A stretch of DNA of 46,167 nt from an archaeon. Lineage in GTDB: Archaea; Iainarchaeota; Iainarchaeia; Iainarchaeales; VGJJ01. Below the pieces are notes generated by a model that worked only from the letters and a program-made list of their open reading frames with translations, was not told the origin of the DNA and did not search any database. The translations under genes and the position numbers were made by a program. The stretch is taken from the NCBI GenBank assembly GCA_038046225.1, contig JBBSWQ010000104.1:1-46167 (forward strand), written 5' to 3'. Shown one piece after another: positions 24,166-33,074 of this stretch. Position 1 is the stretch's first letter. Each line of letters opens with the position of its first letter.

Positions 24166-24930
24166 ATGAATACTACTCAAGGTCTATTATCCGTCCTCGC
24201 GGTCGGATTCGCGGCCCTCCTTTTTGGAGGATTTGTGGCGGCATCCGATATTGGATTGCGTCTCGAATCCCCTACTGTTTCGGGGATTTTAGGGGCGGAA
24301 GGGAAAGGGTCTCCTTCCCTGAAGATCCTTTCGTCCAGCGATACTATCGTCGCGCTCGATGCGCGCGGAGTGGCGAGAACGCGCATTTCCAATCTCGTCG
24401 AGATTCAGGATGTCACGCGGGCACGCATGGGGGAATTAGATGAATCCCAGCGCATCCGTTTTCGTTCCTCAATCGCGGACGTGCGTTTGGCTATTGCAGA
24501 ATACAAGAAAGACATGTCCCGGGATGATTTCAAGGGTTTCTCCGTGAAGCGCCTATTGGGTGCCAGCGGTCTCTCGGATGAAGAGAAGCGGGACCTGTAT
24601 GTGACCTACCTTGCTGTCAAGTCCTCCACGGATGCCCATCGGTATAGTTTCACCCTCTCGGCCCCTGCGGATGATTTTGTGGCGGTGGGGAAGTTTTCGG
24701 CCAGCGGAACCGGGGATGACATGGGCGGGACCCTCGTGGGTTTTTCGAGTATTTCCCAGAAACGCTTCTTCGGCATCTGGGGCCATGGCTTCATTGTTGG
24801 GGTCTCGGATGGAAGGGTCTTTTGGGGATCCTATTGGGTGGATTCCTCCAATGATGGGGGATCGGCTCGATTTGAATTGCATAATTTTGGGAGTGAAGAC
24901 GTGATCACAGGGGATTATTTCATCTATTGA
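24166..24930 (+). CDS. Hypothetical secreted or membrane-anchored protein
   Basis: 254 aa. N-terminal hydrophobic segment LLSVLAVGFAALLFGGFVAA. Strong Shine-Dalgarno GGGAGGTGG about 8 nt upstream. Confidence 0.5.
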   Translation: MNTTQGLLSVLAVGFAALLFGGFVAASDIGLRLESPTVSGILGAEGKGSPSLKILSSSDTIVALDARGVARTRISNLVEIQDVTRARMGELDESQRIRFRSSIADVRLAIAEYKKDMSRDDFKGFSVKRLLGASGLSDEEKRDLYVTYLAVKSSTDAHRYSFTLSAPADDFVAVGKFSASGTGDDMGGTLVGFSSISQKRFFGIWGHGFIVGVSDGRVFWGSYWVDSSNDGGSARFELHNFGSEDVITGDYFIY

Positions 24931-25024
24931 TCGCGCTTCCCATCCTTCCTGGGGTGGAATAGGGGGGAAATTTCCCTCCTCGGATTCCCCCTTTTTTCTT
25001 CCCAGAATTTTTTTCTCTTTTTCC

Positions 25025-26533
25025 TTATTTCTTTTTGGTGAACAATCCGAATCCGTTCTTGTTTTCCTTGGCGGGGGCGGCGTGGGGGATGGTCGGAGGC
25101 GCTGGGGGGGCGGGTCGTGCTTGTTCCATTTGTACCTTCCATTGGGTGATGAGTTCGGACAATTGGGTCACGACGATATCCACTTGTTTGGTGCGTGATT
25201 CGAGGAGGCTCATTTTCTGATCGGCCTTTCCTTCGAAATCCGAGAGTTTTTCCTTGAAGCTCTTTACTTGGTCTTCTCGTTCCATGTTGGCTTTTTTGAT
25301 GGTCTCAATCAGCTGTTTGGTATACGCATCCACATTCTGGAGCTTGGTCTCGGCCTCCACAATCTTCTGTCCCAATTCCCTCTGCGAGGAGGCCATATTC
25401 GCCGATTGCTCTTCGACCTTCTTGAAGAAGTCCTTCTCTTTGCTCGCGGCGATGGTTTCCATCTTGGTGTTCACAATCTTGTCCACGTCCAGCATTTTTC
25501 GGTCGAATTCCTGATCGATGTCAGTGGATTTCTTGGCGAGCATTCCTTCCAGTTCCCCTTTCGTCTTCTTCATCTCTGCATTCATGCGCATGAATTCCTG
25601 CATGGTGGATTGGATGTCCTGCGATGCGAGGTCGGCTCCTAGTTTTTTGAGTTGGACGATCTCGTCGCGTATTTCCTGTCGGAGGTCCTTGACTTTTCCC
25701 TCGAGTATGGCGTTCGCCTGCGTCTCCATCTGGTCGGATAATCCTTGCGTAATCTTCTGTTCGATCTCTAATGTCTTCGTGGCGCGTTGTTCTACTTCCC
25801 CCACGCGTTCGTCGGTCTTGTTCACGAGCTCGTTGACTTTTTCTTCAAGCTTTTCAAGTTTTTGGGACGCGTCATCCATGATCATGCGTCTCGTCTCGTC
25901 GAGCTGGGTGGTTTTTCCATTGATATCTTCCATGAGCTCGGTCACGGCCATCTTTTGTCCTTTGATGCGCTGGAGGTCTTCCTGCGTGGCCGTGTTGAGT
26001 CGGCGTATCTCTTCTATTTTCTGGTTGAGTATCTCATCCATGTCCTTCACTTTGGCGTCCATCTGGGCGTCCATCTTGAACCGGAATAGTTCGCGTTGGG
26101 CATCGAATAGGGCTTCGAGTTTTTTTTGCATGACCTGATAGTGCTCACTCACCTTCGTCTCGAGCACGTCATCGATCTCTTTCTTGAGTTTCTCCATCTG
26201 GGCGAGCTTGCTGTCCACCGTCTGGAGGATTCCTTTTTCCCATAGCTTGGCGATGGACGTGTCGGGGGTGGGAGGATTTGGATTTGTTGCCGGGATTGGT
26301 TGGGGGGGGTTTGGTACCGTGATAGTCTGTGTCCGGGCAGGTCGGGCGGTGGGAGCATCCATTCCCGGTAATTCAGACGGATGTATTTCCTTGCTCGTGG
26401 CCTGCCGCACCCATCGTTCTGCCTGCGTGCGGGGGATGTTCATTCCTTCGAGTTCATTCAATAGTTCTTCGTCATCCAATCCCATCTCTCTCAATTTTCG
26501 AATGTTGGCGAGGATGGCGTCCTGGTTGGGCAT
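25025..26533 (-). CDS. Long coiled-coil protein (small N-terminal helical domain, Pro-rich linker, ~380-aa coiled coil, Pro-rich C-terminal tail)
   Basis: 502 aa with K/E/Q/L-rich heptad-like composition throughout. C terminus ...RPAPPAPPTIPHAAPAKENKNGFGLFTKKK. Confidence 0.6.
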   Translation of the reverse strand: MPNQDAILANIRKLREMGLDDEELLNELEGMNIPRTQAERWVRQATSKEIHPSELPGMDAPTARPARTQTITVPNPPQPIPATNPNPPTPDTSIAKLWEKGILQTVDSKLAQMEKLKKEIDDVLETKVSEHYQVMQKKLEALFDAQRELFRFKMDAQMDAKVKDMDEILNQKIEEIRRLNTATQEDLQRIKGQKMAVTELMEDINGKTTQLDETRRMIMDDASQKLEKLEEKVNELVNKTDERVGEVEQRATKTLEIEQKITQGLSDQMETQANAILEGKVKDLRQEIRDEIVQLKKLGADLASQDIQSTMQEFMRMNAEMKKTKGELEGMLAKKSTDIDQEFDRKMLDVDKIVNTKMETIAASKEKDFFKKVEEQSANMASSQRELGQKIVEAETKLQNVDAYTKQLIETIKKANMEREDQVKSFKEKLSDFEGKADQKMSLLESRTKQVDIVVTQLSELITQWKVQMEQARPAPPAPPTIPHAAPAKENKNGFGLFTKKK

Positions 26534-26599
26534 ATAGTGAACGGGGGGACCTGGAATAAAAGAGCGATGTGTTTTTCTGGGGGGAATGGATGGGGTTGC

Positions 26600-26902
26600 T
26601 TAATCCTTGGGTTCATTTTCCGCTAAAAATGCTCTCCATACAGCGAGTTTTCTTTTCACACCCGTCAGGGCGTTATTCATACTTTTTAGGCTGCTTTTCC
26701 TAATTGGTTGGCCTTCCCTTTCGAGCCGAGTGTAGTTTTGGATTAGATCGATTAATTCTTTTTCTCTCTGCTCCAATCCCTGAATGATTTGTTTAGCCTT
26801 TTTCCTGTTCGTTTCCAATTGGACGGCTATTCTCTTCTTCCGTCGTCGTATCTCGTACTCTTTCCGTGTTCGTTGGGGTCCCCTTCTTTTTCGTCCACTC
26901 AT
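26600..26902 (-). CDS. Small highly basic helical protein (hypothetical)
   Basis: 100 aa; MSGRKRRGPQRTRKEYEIRRRKKR... followed by a coiled-coil-like segment. Confidence 0.4.
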   Translation of the reverse strand: MSGRKRRGPQRTRKEYEIRRRKKRIAVQLETNRKKAKQIIQGLEQREKELIDLIQNYTRLEREGQPIRKSSLKSMNNALTGVKRKLAVWRAFLAENEPKD

Positions 26903-26930
26903 GGTTTGCCCTTCCTATTCTATATTTTTT

Positions 26931-27290
26931 TCACCCATCGAATTCGAATCCACGATCGTTCAGGTATCGGTTGATGTTGGTTAGTTTCGCATATAGCATT
27001 TTCCAATGGCTCGTGAGGCGTTCCTTCTCCTCCATCCCTTCTGGGGTAGTGGGGTTTCCAATCCTTCCTAGTTTTCGGGTGATAGGTTCTAATTCGGTTA
27101 GAATTGTTCCTCTTTCCCTAATCCTTTCCCTTATTGCCTTATTCCGTTCCCTTGCTGTCTTACTAAACGCCTCGGACCGTTTTCGGTCGGCGCCGCCCCA
27201 CTTTCCTCTCTTGCCCGGTCGTTGTCCCATTTCCGACCCATGTTCTTCTCGCTTAATATTTTTTTCCTCTGGGAAAGCACTTTTTCCCAT
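26931..27290 (-). CDS. Small basic protein (hypothetical)
   Basis: Track ORF 26931-27428 runs into tRNA-Val, so I trimmed it to ATG 27290 (MGKSAFPEE...); ATG 27230 is also possible. The basic N-terminal region resembles the neighbouring 100-aa protein in style. Confidence 0.35.
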   Translation of the reverse strand: MGKSAFPEEKNIKREEHGSEMGQRPGKRGKWGGADRKRSEAFSKTARERNKAIRERIRERGTILTELEPITRKLGRIGNPTTPEGMEEKERLTSHWKMLYAKLTNINRYLNDRGFEFDG

Positions 27291-27294
27291 TTCC

Positions 27295-27309
27295 AAGTAG
27301 CCCCGGGCA
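27295..27309. repeat. Direct-repeat copy of the tRNA-Val 3' end (AAGTAGCCCCGGGCA), 95 bp from the copy inside the tRNA (27390-27404)
   Basis: Exact 15-nt match read off the sequence. The next ~8 nt are similar with an indel (AAGGGTCG vs GAGTCG). Confidence 0.7.
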
Positions 27310-27392
27310 AAGGGTCGCGCCGTTTTCGTCCGGCGGTGTCGATGGACTACTTTGGCATGGTCTTCGACCATGCAGTAGGCCTGATTGAAAAG

Positions 27393-27464
27393 TAGCCCCG
27401 GGCAGAGTCGAACTGCCCCCTCCACCATGTCAAGGTGGCATCCTAGCCGATAGACAACGGGGCC
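27393..27464 (-). tRNA. tRNA-Val (anticodon GAC), no encoded CCA
   Basis: Hand-folded. Acceptor GGCCCCG/CGGGGCT (G1:U72). D arm GTCT-ATCGGCTA-GGAT. Anticodon stem CCACC/GGTGG with loop TT-GAC-AT. T arm GGCAG-TTCGACT-CTGCC. Discriminator A. Confidence 0.8.
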
Positions 27465-27621
27465 GGTATGTTTCTATTTTATGATATTTCATTTATCTGG
27501 GCATCGTTCCCGATGCCCTTATTTCGGTCCCGCCGATCGGAAGCGGCGATACGACAACGGGGCCGGCTTTGATTATGGGGAACGGAATGCATTTAATCGT
27601 AGGCTTTGCGAGTGGTTTGGT

Positions 27622-28641
27622 CTATCGTCCGTTACCATTCAGGATGGGCAGTCCCTTCATTGTATCCTTTTTTCCCATGGCGTTGATTTGCAGGGGGGTC
27701 ATTCCGGGGGCGGTGGGTGCGGCGCGTATCCTTTCTTCGTACACGCACGCTTGGCAGGTGGATTGTGAGCTCAGGTCTCCGCATCGGTGGCATAGTTGAA
27801 GGTTCCCTTCCTCCCCTATTCCTTCCAGGAGGGGCTTCATTTTGAGGTAGGATCGAATAATGGAGAACCGGGTCCCGGGTTTCTTCATTTCCATCTCATC
27901 CATCATGCGCCGGTAGATGTTTCGATCCGCGCCGTGCGAGAATGGACAGCACGCGTCGGAGTAGTGGGGGTATCCCTTGACTTGGGCGAATAATTCCACT
28001 TCTTCTTCGGGGGAATTGTATAAGGGTTTGACGCGCGGGACCCATTCCTTGAGTTTGCGTGTCTCCACTTTCGGCCCCATGCGTGCGAATTTTTCCATCC
28101 GGTCGTTGAAGAAGTTCATGCACAGGCTCTGCGTCTCATCATCCAGGTTGTGTCCCGTGACCAGTTTGTCGGCGCCCATTTCTCGTGCGGCGGCGTTGAG
28201 GTATTTTCTCCGGAACACGCCGCAGAACGTGCAGGAGTTCTCTTTCCATTTGTTTTCGTGGGTTTTTTGCACGATCTCCTGCATGGTGCTCCCTATTTCC
28301 TCTTTGAGTTTGACTATTTTGTATTCGATGCCCAATTGTTCGTAGTTCTTCACGGCTTCCGTAATGGCGAGGTTGCGGTATCCATCAATTCCTTCATCAA
28401 TCGATATTCCCACAATGGTGTTCCGGGGCATGATTTTCCGCACGAGGTTCAGGGCGACCACCGAGTCCTTTCCCCCGGATACGGCCACGGCAATCGTGTC
28501 AGTATCATCAAATAATCGGTGCGTGCGCGTGAATCCCCGGACGCGGTGCTCGAAATGGTACTCGAAATGCTCCTGACACAGGGAATGGGGTCCATACGTC
28601 AATCGGATGATGGATTCCTTTCCGCATCGCTCACAATTCAT
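27622..28641 (-). CDS. Ncs6/TtuA-family tRNA 2-thiolation PP-loop ATPase
   Basis: 339 aa. N-terminal CxxC...C zinc finger, PP-loop AVSGGKDS, GHNLDDE, and C-terminal CHRCG...CQAC. Confidence 0.8.
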   Translation of the reverse strand: MNCERCGKESIIRLTYGPHSLCQEHFEYHFEHRVRGFTRTHRLFDDTDTIAVAVSGGKDSVVALNLVRKIMPRNTIVGISIDEGIDGYRNLAITEAVKNYEQLGIEYKIVKLKEEIGSTMQEIVQKTHENKWKENSCTFCGVFRRKYLNAAAREMGADKLVTGHNLDDETQSLCMNFFNDRMEKFARMGPKVETRKLKEWVPRVKPLYNSPEEEVELFAQVKGYPHYSDACCPFSHGADRNIYRRMMDEMEMKKPGTRFSIIRSYLKMKPLLEGIGEEGNLQLCHRCGDLSSQSTCQACVYEERIRAAPTAPGMTPLQINAMGKKDTMKGLPILNGNGR

Positions 28642-28736
28642 GAATGACCTTTCCCTTCATGCGCCTTAAAAACCAGTTCCGCTTGCCGTGGGGACGGAGG
28701 AGTGGAATTAATATACCCCTTCTTCTCCTTCCCTGC

Positions 28737-29564
28737 ATGATGTCTCCTATCTCATCCAACCCAAAAATAGATTCTCGGGGAAGCGCTTCCCTTTCCTCCA
28801 TTCCTTCCGCGGGGTGGATTGCATTGCTCGTGGTGGGAATTGCGCTCATTGTATTATTCTCCACTTCCACTCCGGCCCCCGTTCCTGTTTCGAATCCCGT
28901 CGTTCCGCTTCCCCCTGCCAGCGCGGTTCCCACTCCCCCGGCGGACGCGGCTCCTATCCTTCCTTCCGATTTGTATGTGTTGAGCCTCTCTCCCGGTTCT
29001 CCCTTGGCCGGGAATGATGTCACGCTCACGGGGATGGTGAAGTCCGGGTATGAGAATGTGCCGGGTGTCTTTCCGTTTGAATTGGGTGCGCGACAGTTTG
29101 GTAATTGGCAGACCGTTTCCTGCGATGCGTCTCCGTGTACATTAGTGATTTCGAGCGTCTCCACCGGGACCCTCGAATACCGTGCCATTCGTTTCGTGGA
29201 AGAGGGGGGTTCCCTCATTGAGTTTTTGGACGGTCAGTATTCCGTCGATGTTGCTTCCACCGGGACCACGGGCGACACGCTCGGTCCTAAAGTGGTCGTA
29301 TTTTTTGATCCCGCCAAGCCCAAGGCGGGAGGGGATGTGGAGGTCACTTCGTCCGTGGAGGATATTTCTTCCCTCGACAAGGTCGAGATTTACGTGAATG
29401 GGACCCTCGAGAAAACGTGTCCGCAGAAAGTCAAGATTGCCCACTGCAAGGTCATCCTGGAGGATTTGGACGCAGGCACGTATACGTATTACTCCAAGGC
29501 CTGGGACTCGTTTGGAAACCTTACTACTTCTCCCGAATCCTCCTTTGTGGTAGAAGTCGAGTGA
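28737..29564 (+). CDS. Membrane-anchored extracellular protein with Pro-rich stalk and Ig/CARDB-like domains
   Basis: Trimmed to ATG 28737, with TTAATATA about 25 nt upstream. TM segment WIALLVVGIALIVLF, then a PAPVPVSNPVVPLPP linker. Confidence 0.5.
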   Translation: MMSPISSNPKIDSRGSASLSSIPSAGWIALLVVGIALIVLFSTSTPAPVPVSNPVVPLPPASAVPTPPADAAPILPSDLYVLSLSPGSPLAGNDVTLTGMVKSGYENVPGVFPFELGARQFGNWQTVSCDASPCTLVISSVSTGTLEYRAIRFVEEGGSLIEFLDGQYSVDVASTGTTGDTLGPKVVVFFDPAKPKAGGDVEVTSSVEDISSLDKVEIYVNGTLEKTCPQKVKIAHCKVILEDLDAGTYTYYSKAWDSFGNLTTSPESSFVVEVE

Positions 29565-29616
29565 ATGCGGGGGCATTCCTTTCCCCCCTATTCTCTTCAA
29601 TTCCGCTGGAAAAGGT

Positions 29617-29628
29617 CATTTTAAAAGC
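29617..29628 (+). promoter_or_regulatory. TATA box heading the exosome superoperon (L15e)
   Basis: CATTTTAAAAGC lies about 27 nt upstream of ATG 29650. Confidence 0.5.
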
Positions 29629-29649
29629 GTTTCTCGGGCCCTTTCCATT

Positions 29650-30267
29650 ATGACATTTGCCAAGCGGATCCAGGAAACCATCCAAAAGGAATGGTCTCGC
29701 GCCCCCGCCGTGGAGGGGGGAATCGATTACGGTCTCCAATTCCGTTCTCGTATGATGGATTATCGTTCGGTTTCAGAGGCCGTGATTAAGGTCGAGAAGC
29801 CCTTCAACGTGTCCCGTGCCCGCGCATTGGGATACAAGGCCAAGCCGGGCATTGCCGTTGCGCGTGTGCGTATTCGGAGGGGCGGTGGATTGTTTTTGCG
29901 TGCGCGCCGGGCCCGTAAGCCCAAGCGGATGGGTATCCATTCCATGACGCGGAAGAAGGGTATCCAGGTCATGGCCGAAGAACGGGCCCAGCGGAAGTTC
30001 CCCAACATGGAAGTATTGAACTCCTACAAGGTGGGCGTGGACGGAAAGAATCATTATTTTGAAGTCATCCTCGTGGATCCCCGGAGTCCTTCTATTCTGG
30101 CGGACAAGGACATGAAGTGGATCGCCGAACCCCAGCATGGGGGACGGGTTTTCCGCGGAAAAACCTCTGCCGGGCGAAAGAGCCGCGGTTTAGGGAACCC
30201 GGCCGGTGCTCGCGGAACCGAAAAGATTCGCCCCACCGCTAAATCCAATCGCAGCCGGGCGAAGTAA
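29650..30267 (+). CDS. rpl15e: 50S ribosomal protein L15e (eL15)
   Basis: 205 aa; ...ALGYKAKPGIAVARVRIRRGG...KRMGIHSMTRKKG... is a typical eL15 signature. Confidence 0.9.
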   Translation: MTFAKRIQETIQKEWSRAPAVEGGIDYGLQFRSRMMDYRSVSEAVIKVEKPFNVSRARALGYKAKPGIAVARVRIRRGGGLFLRARRARKPKRMGIHSMTRKKGIQVMAEERAQRKFPNMEVLNSYKVGVDGKNHYFEVILVDPRSPSILADKDMKWIAEPQHGGRVFRGKTSAGRKSRGLGNPAGARGTEKIRPTAKSNRSRAK

Positions 30268-30332
30268 TTCGCCACCTCATTTCTTTTTTTCTCTCTGCAT
30301 AGAATAATATAGCGGAAAACCGTTTTCAGGGA

Positions 30333-31160
30333 ATGCCTCGCAAAAGTCGTGCTCGTCCGAAGAAAGCCCCTCCCCGCGAGCCGAAGTCGGTGGTTCCGCC
30401 CAATGAAGGGTGGAGAATCACTTCAGATTTTGAACGTGAGGCGATGCTGTGGTATGCCCGGTCAGGTGTGGCAGGCAGACAAGTATTCGTTCAGGCTTTT
30501 TGGGAGAGGGCCAAACCCTTTTTCCGTGATCGTGCACATTTCGAACAGTGGGTTCAAATCAACCTCAGAAGCAGATCACCGGATGAGTTGAGAGCATTGC
30601 GCTCGGCAAGTTCGCAAGCGGCACCTTCCTCTTCAGAGCCGCCATCTGTAAAACCATCGACCAAGGCGGGTTCCAGAAAAGGCCAGGAGCAAGGTCCCAA
30701 AGAGTCTGAAAAAGGTTCCCGCCCAACCCCTGCGAGAGTCGCTTCTTCTTTAGCGAGATGGACAAGGGCAGATCCCTATCAACTTTTGGCAAATTCATTC
30801 AGTCCCGCCGAAAGGGATAGCCTGCGTGTGCTGGGTTCAAACAATCTTTCCGCGGTAGAATTGTCTATTCTTACTGATTTTCTTCGTGGAAAAGGAATGC
30901 TCGCTATTACCCAACGGGTAGGCCTAATGTTTCCGAAACTCTCAATAAATGTTCAAACAACAGAGAATGGGGTGGTGAATATTCTGCAAACTCTCATTCG
31001 AACTGCGGAGATTTATAGCCAGCCCGGGATGGCCGAACTAGTTGGAACCCCGCACAATCCCGCGACAAAAAAATATATCACTAGAAAACCATTGGGCATT
31101 TTCTTTTTCGGACAGGATGTACGGGGACCGAACTCCAATCCCGGCAAGCCCAAGCATTGA
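30333..31160 (+). CDS. Hypothetical protein (basic N terminus, Ser/Pro/Lys-rich linker, possible C-terminal HTH)
   Basis: 275 aa with its own TATA (AATAATATAG, 30303-30312) after a T-run. LSAVELSILTDFLRGKGMLAITQRVGL loosely resembles a LuxR/sigma-r4-like HTH. Confidence 0.45.
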   Translation: MPRKSRARPKKAPPREPKSVVPPNEGWRITSDFEREAMLWYARSGVAGRQVFVQAFWERAKPFFRDRAHFEQWVQINLRSRSPDELRALRSASSQAAPSSSEPPSVKPSTKAGSRKGQEQGPKESEKGSRPTPARVASSLARWTRADPYQLLANSFSPAERDSLRVLGSNNLSAVELSILTDFLRGKGMLAITQRVGLMFPKLSINVQTTENGVVNILQTLIRTAEIYSQPGMAELVGTPHNPATKKYITRKPLGIFFFGQDVRGPNSNPGKPKH

Positions 31161-31237
31161 TTTCTTTCCGTTCTATCTTTAGGGTCGGGGCTTCTCCCAC
31201 CGTCACTTCCTTATAGGGGTTCCTGGTTTGGATTGGT

Positions 31238-31765
31238 ATGGATTTCATTTATCCTTCCGCGGTGTCCGGGAGGGAGTCGCCGTCGTTCATCCTGCATGAT
31301 TCCTTGGCCCAGTTTTCCACCACTTCCTTTCCCACCCACACGCGGGGGGTCTTTCTTCCTTCCTTGGATCGGGCCGAGGTCCAGCGGTGTGTCTCTCAAA
31401 AGGTTCCGTGCATGGTTTCTTTGCATTCCTTGTCGAATGCGTCCGAATCCTTGAAGGTCTCCGGTCTGCGTTTCGTTCATCTCGATTTGAATGGTCCTCC
31501 TTTGATTGATTATGCGTGGATGTCCGGTGCCCATGATGCAGGATTAGAAGTCGTGTTCTCTCTCCCTGATTTGCGGGAGTCGTTTCATCGGAAGCACGTG
31601 AATGGTTTTCAGGAGTATCGGAAGATCTCCCGATTATTGTCCAAGACACGCATCCCCTTGCACGTGGCGAGTTTTGCGCGGGTCGCGGAGGAGGTTCTTT
31701 CTCTTCCGGAGCAGCGTGCGTGGTATTCCTATTTGGGGTATGGTCCCGCGGGGGATTTCGTATGA
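31238..31765 (+). CDS. rnp3: RNase P protein component 3 (Rpp30-like)
   Basis: 175 aa. Position in the superoperon plus a weak pattern match: AHDAGLEVVFSLPDL...RIPLHVASFARVAEEV..P.Q. ATGA overlap with the Pop5 gene. Confidence 0.55.
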   Translation: MDFIYPSAVSGRESPSFILHDSLAQFSTTSFPTHTRGVFLPSLDRAEVQRCVSQKVPCMVSLHSLSNASESLKVSGLRFVHLDLNGPPLIDYAWMSGAHDAGLEVVFSLPDLRESFHRKHVNGFQEYRKISRLLSKTRIPLHVASFARVAEEVLSLPEQRAWYSYLGYGPAGDFV

Positions 31766-32124
31766 AGAATGTCAAGAAGCATGTTTCCACGCTCCCTCTT
31801 TCTCTGCGCGGGAAAAAGAGGTATGTTCTTTTTCGCATCGCTCCTGGTGAGAAATTGGACAAGTCGTCGGTGGAAAAGGGATTGTTTCATCATTTCCTTC
31901 TTTCCTTTGGGGTATTGGGCCTCCCCCTCCTTCGGTACCGGTTCATTTCCTATAATGCTTCGAATGGTCGGGGTGTTTTTCGCGTGGCCCATATCAAGGC
32001 TGCCGAATCCATAGTTTCTCTTTCATTGGTGGATTCCCTCCATTCGCTGCCAGTATCCATCCGTTCCCTCCGCGTCTCGGGTTCCCTCAAGTCCCTTCGT
32101 CCCTTATTTCTCCAAAAACAATGA
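31762..32124 (+). CDS. rnp2: RNase P protein component 2 (Pop5-like)
   Basis: Trimmed to ATG 31762. LPLSLRGKKRYVLFRI... matches the Pop5 N-terminal signature. Synteny supports the call. Confidence 0.65.
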   Translation: MKNVKKHVSTLPLSLRGKKRYVLFRIAPGEKLDKSSVEKGLFHHFLLSFGVLGLPLLRYRFISYNASNGRGVFRVAHIKAAESIVSLSLVDSLHSLPVSIRSLRVSGSLKSLRPLFLQKQ

Positions 32125-32232
32125 GGGGGTCCCCGGACGCTTATTTATAAAGTATTCCCGCCTCTTACTCGTGCGGATTTGCAACGATTATCGCGGTTTT
32201 CCGTTACCAGTGTTTGGGGAGTGTGATACCTA

Positions 32233-32979
32233 ATGTATCCCGGTTCGGCCAAGAGTGCAGCATACGATCGATCAGCCACCATGTTTAGCCCGGATGGGCG
32301 CTTATACCAAGTGGAGTATGCCTCCAAGATCGTCCAGCAGGGCACCACGGGTGCGGCCTGTATTTACAGGAATGGGGTTGTTTTTGGGGCGGATAAGAAT
32401 ATTACGAGTAAGCTCATGCTCCCCGATTCGGTGGAGAAATTGTTCAAAGTGGATGATCATATCGGCGCGGTCTCTGCCGGTTTGGTAGGGGATGCTCGCC
32501 GCCTCATTCAGGGGGCGCGGGCCAAGGCGCAGGAAAATATCATGTATTACGATGAGCCCATTCACGTGGAGACGTTGGCCAAAGATATTTCGGGCAACAT
32601 GCAGGTCGTGACCCAGTATGGGGGCATGCGTCCCTTTGGTGTTTCTTTCATTTTGGGTGGCGTGGATGAGACGGGTCCCCGTCTCTTTGAGACCGAGCCC
32701 TCCGGGGCATTAGCCGAGTATGTGGCGGTGGCCGTGGGTCAGGGCCGGAAGGAGGCCATGGAGCATTTCGAGAAGAATTTCCAGTCCAATTTTTCCCGTG
32801 AGCAGGCCGTCAAGTTGGTGTTTGGGGCCTTGGAGCAAGGTCTTCCCAAGAATCAGCGTCTGAGTTTGGATCGGGTGGATTTTGGGTATGTGGATAAGGA
32901 CAAGCCCTTTGCTCGAATGGATAAGAATGAGTTGAAAGCCGTGGTATCGGGAAAGGCCTCGGCGAGCGATTCTAAGTAG
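32233..32979 (+). CDS. psmA: Proteasome subunit alpha
   Basis: 248 aa with AYDRSATMFSPDGRLYQVEYA. Confidence 0.92.
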   Translation: MYPGSAKSAAYDRSATMFSPDGRLYQVEYASKIVQQGTTGAACIYRNGVVFGADKNITSKLMLPDSVEKLFKVDDHIGAVSAGLVGDARRLIQGARAKAQENIMYYDEPIHVETLAKDISGNMQVVTQYGGMRPFGVSFILGGVDETGPRLFETEPSGALAEYVAVAVGQGRKEAMEHFEKNFQSNFSREQAVKLVFGALEQGLPKNQRLSLDRVDFGYVDKDKPFARMDKNELKAVVSGKASASDSK

Positions 32980-33074
32980 GGTAGAGTGGATCGTCCATGA
33001 TGGACGCGGGGGAGTTTTTCCCCTCATGAGTGCGCGGGGAGGATGATTTCCCCGCGGGAAGGGTTGTGAAGGAT

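Noticed and set aside
26936-26960. TTCGAATCC (T-loop-like) sequence suggesting a tRNA
   Set aside because: The flanking bases cannot form a T stem or acceptor stem. The site lies in the last codons (…FEFDG) of a small ORF.
27310-27389. The 80-bp segment between the tRNA-Val repeats as a split-tRNA 3' half or second tRNA
   Set aside because: There is no T-loop-like TTCRANY sequence, no complementary 5' acceptor strand, and the hairpins do not fit a cloverleaf.
28631-29218. 195-aa minus-strand ORF overlapping the start of the surface-protein gene
   Set aside because: It is antisense to a gene with clear TM, linker and Ig-like architecture, it overlaps the Ncs6/TtuA start, and it has no motifs.
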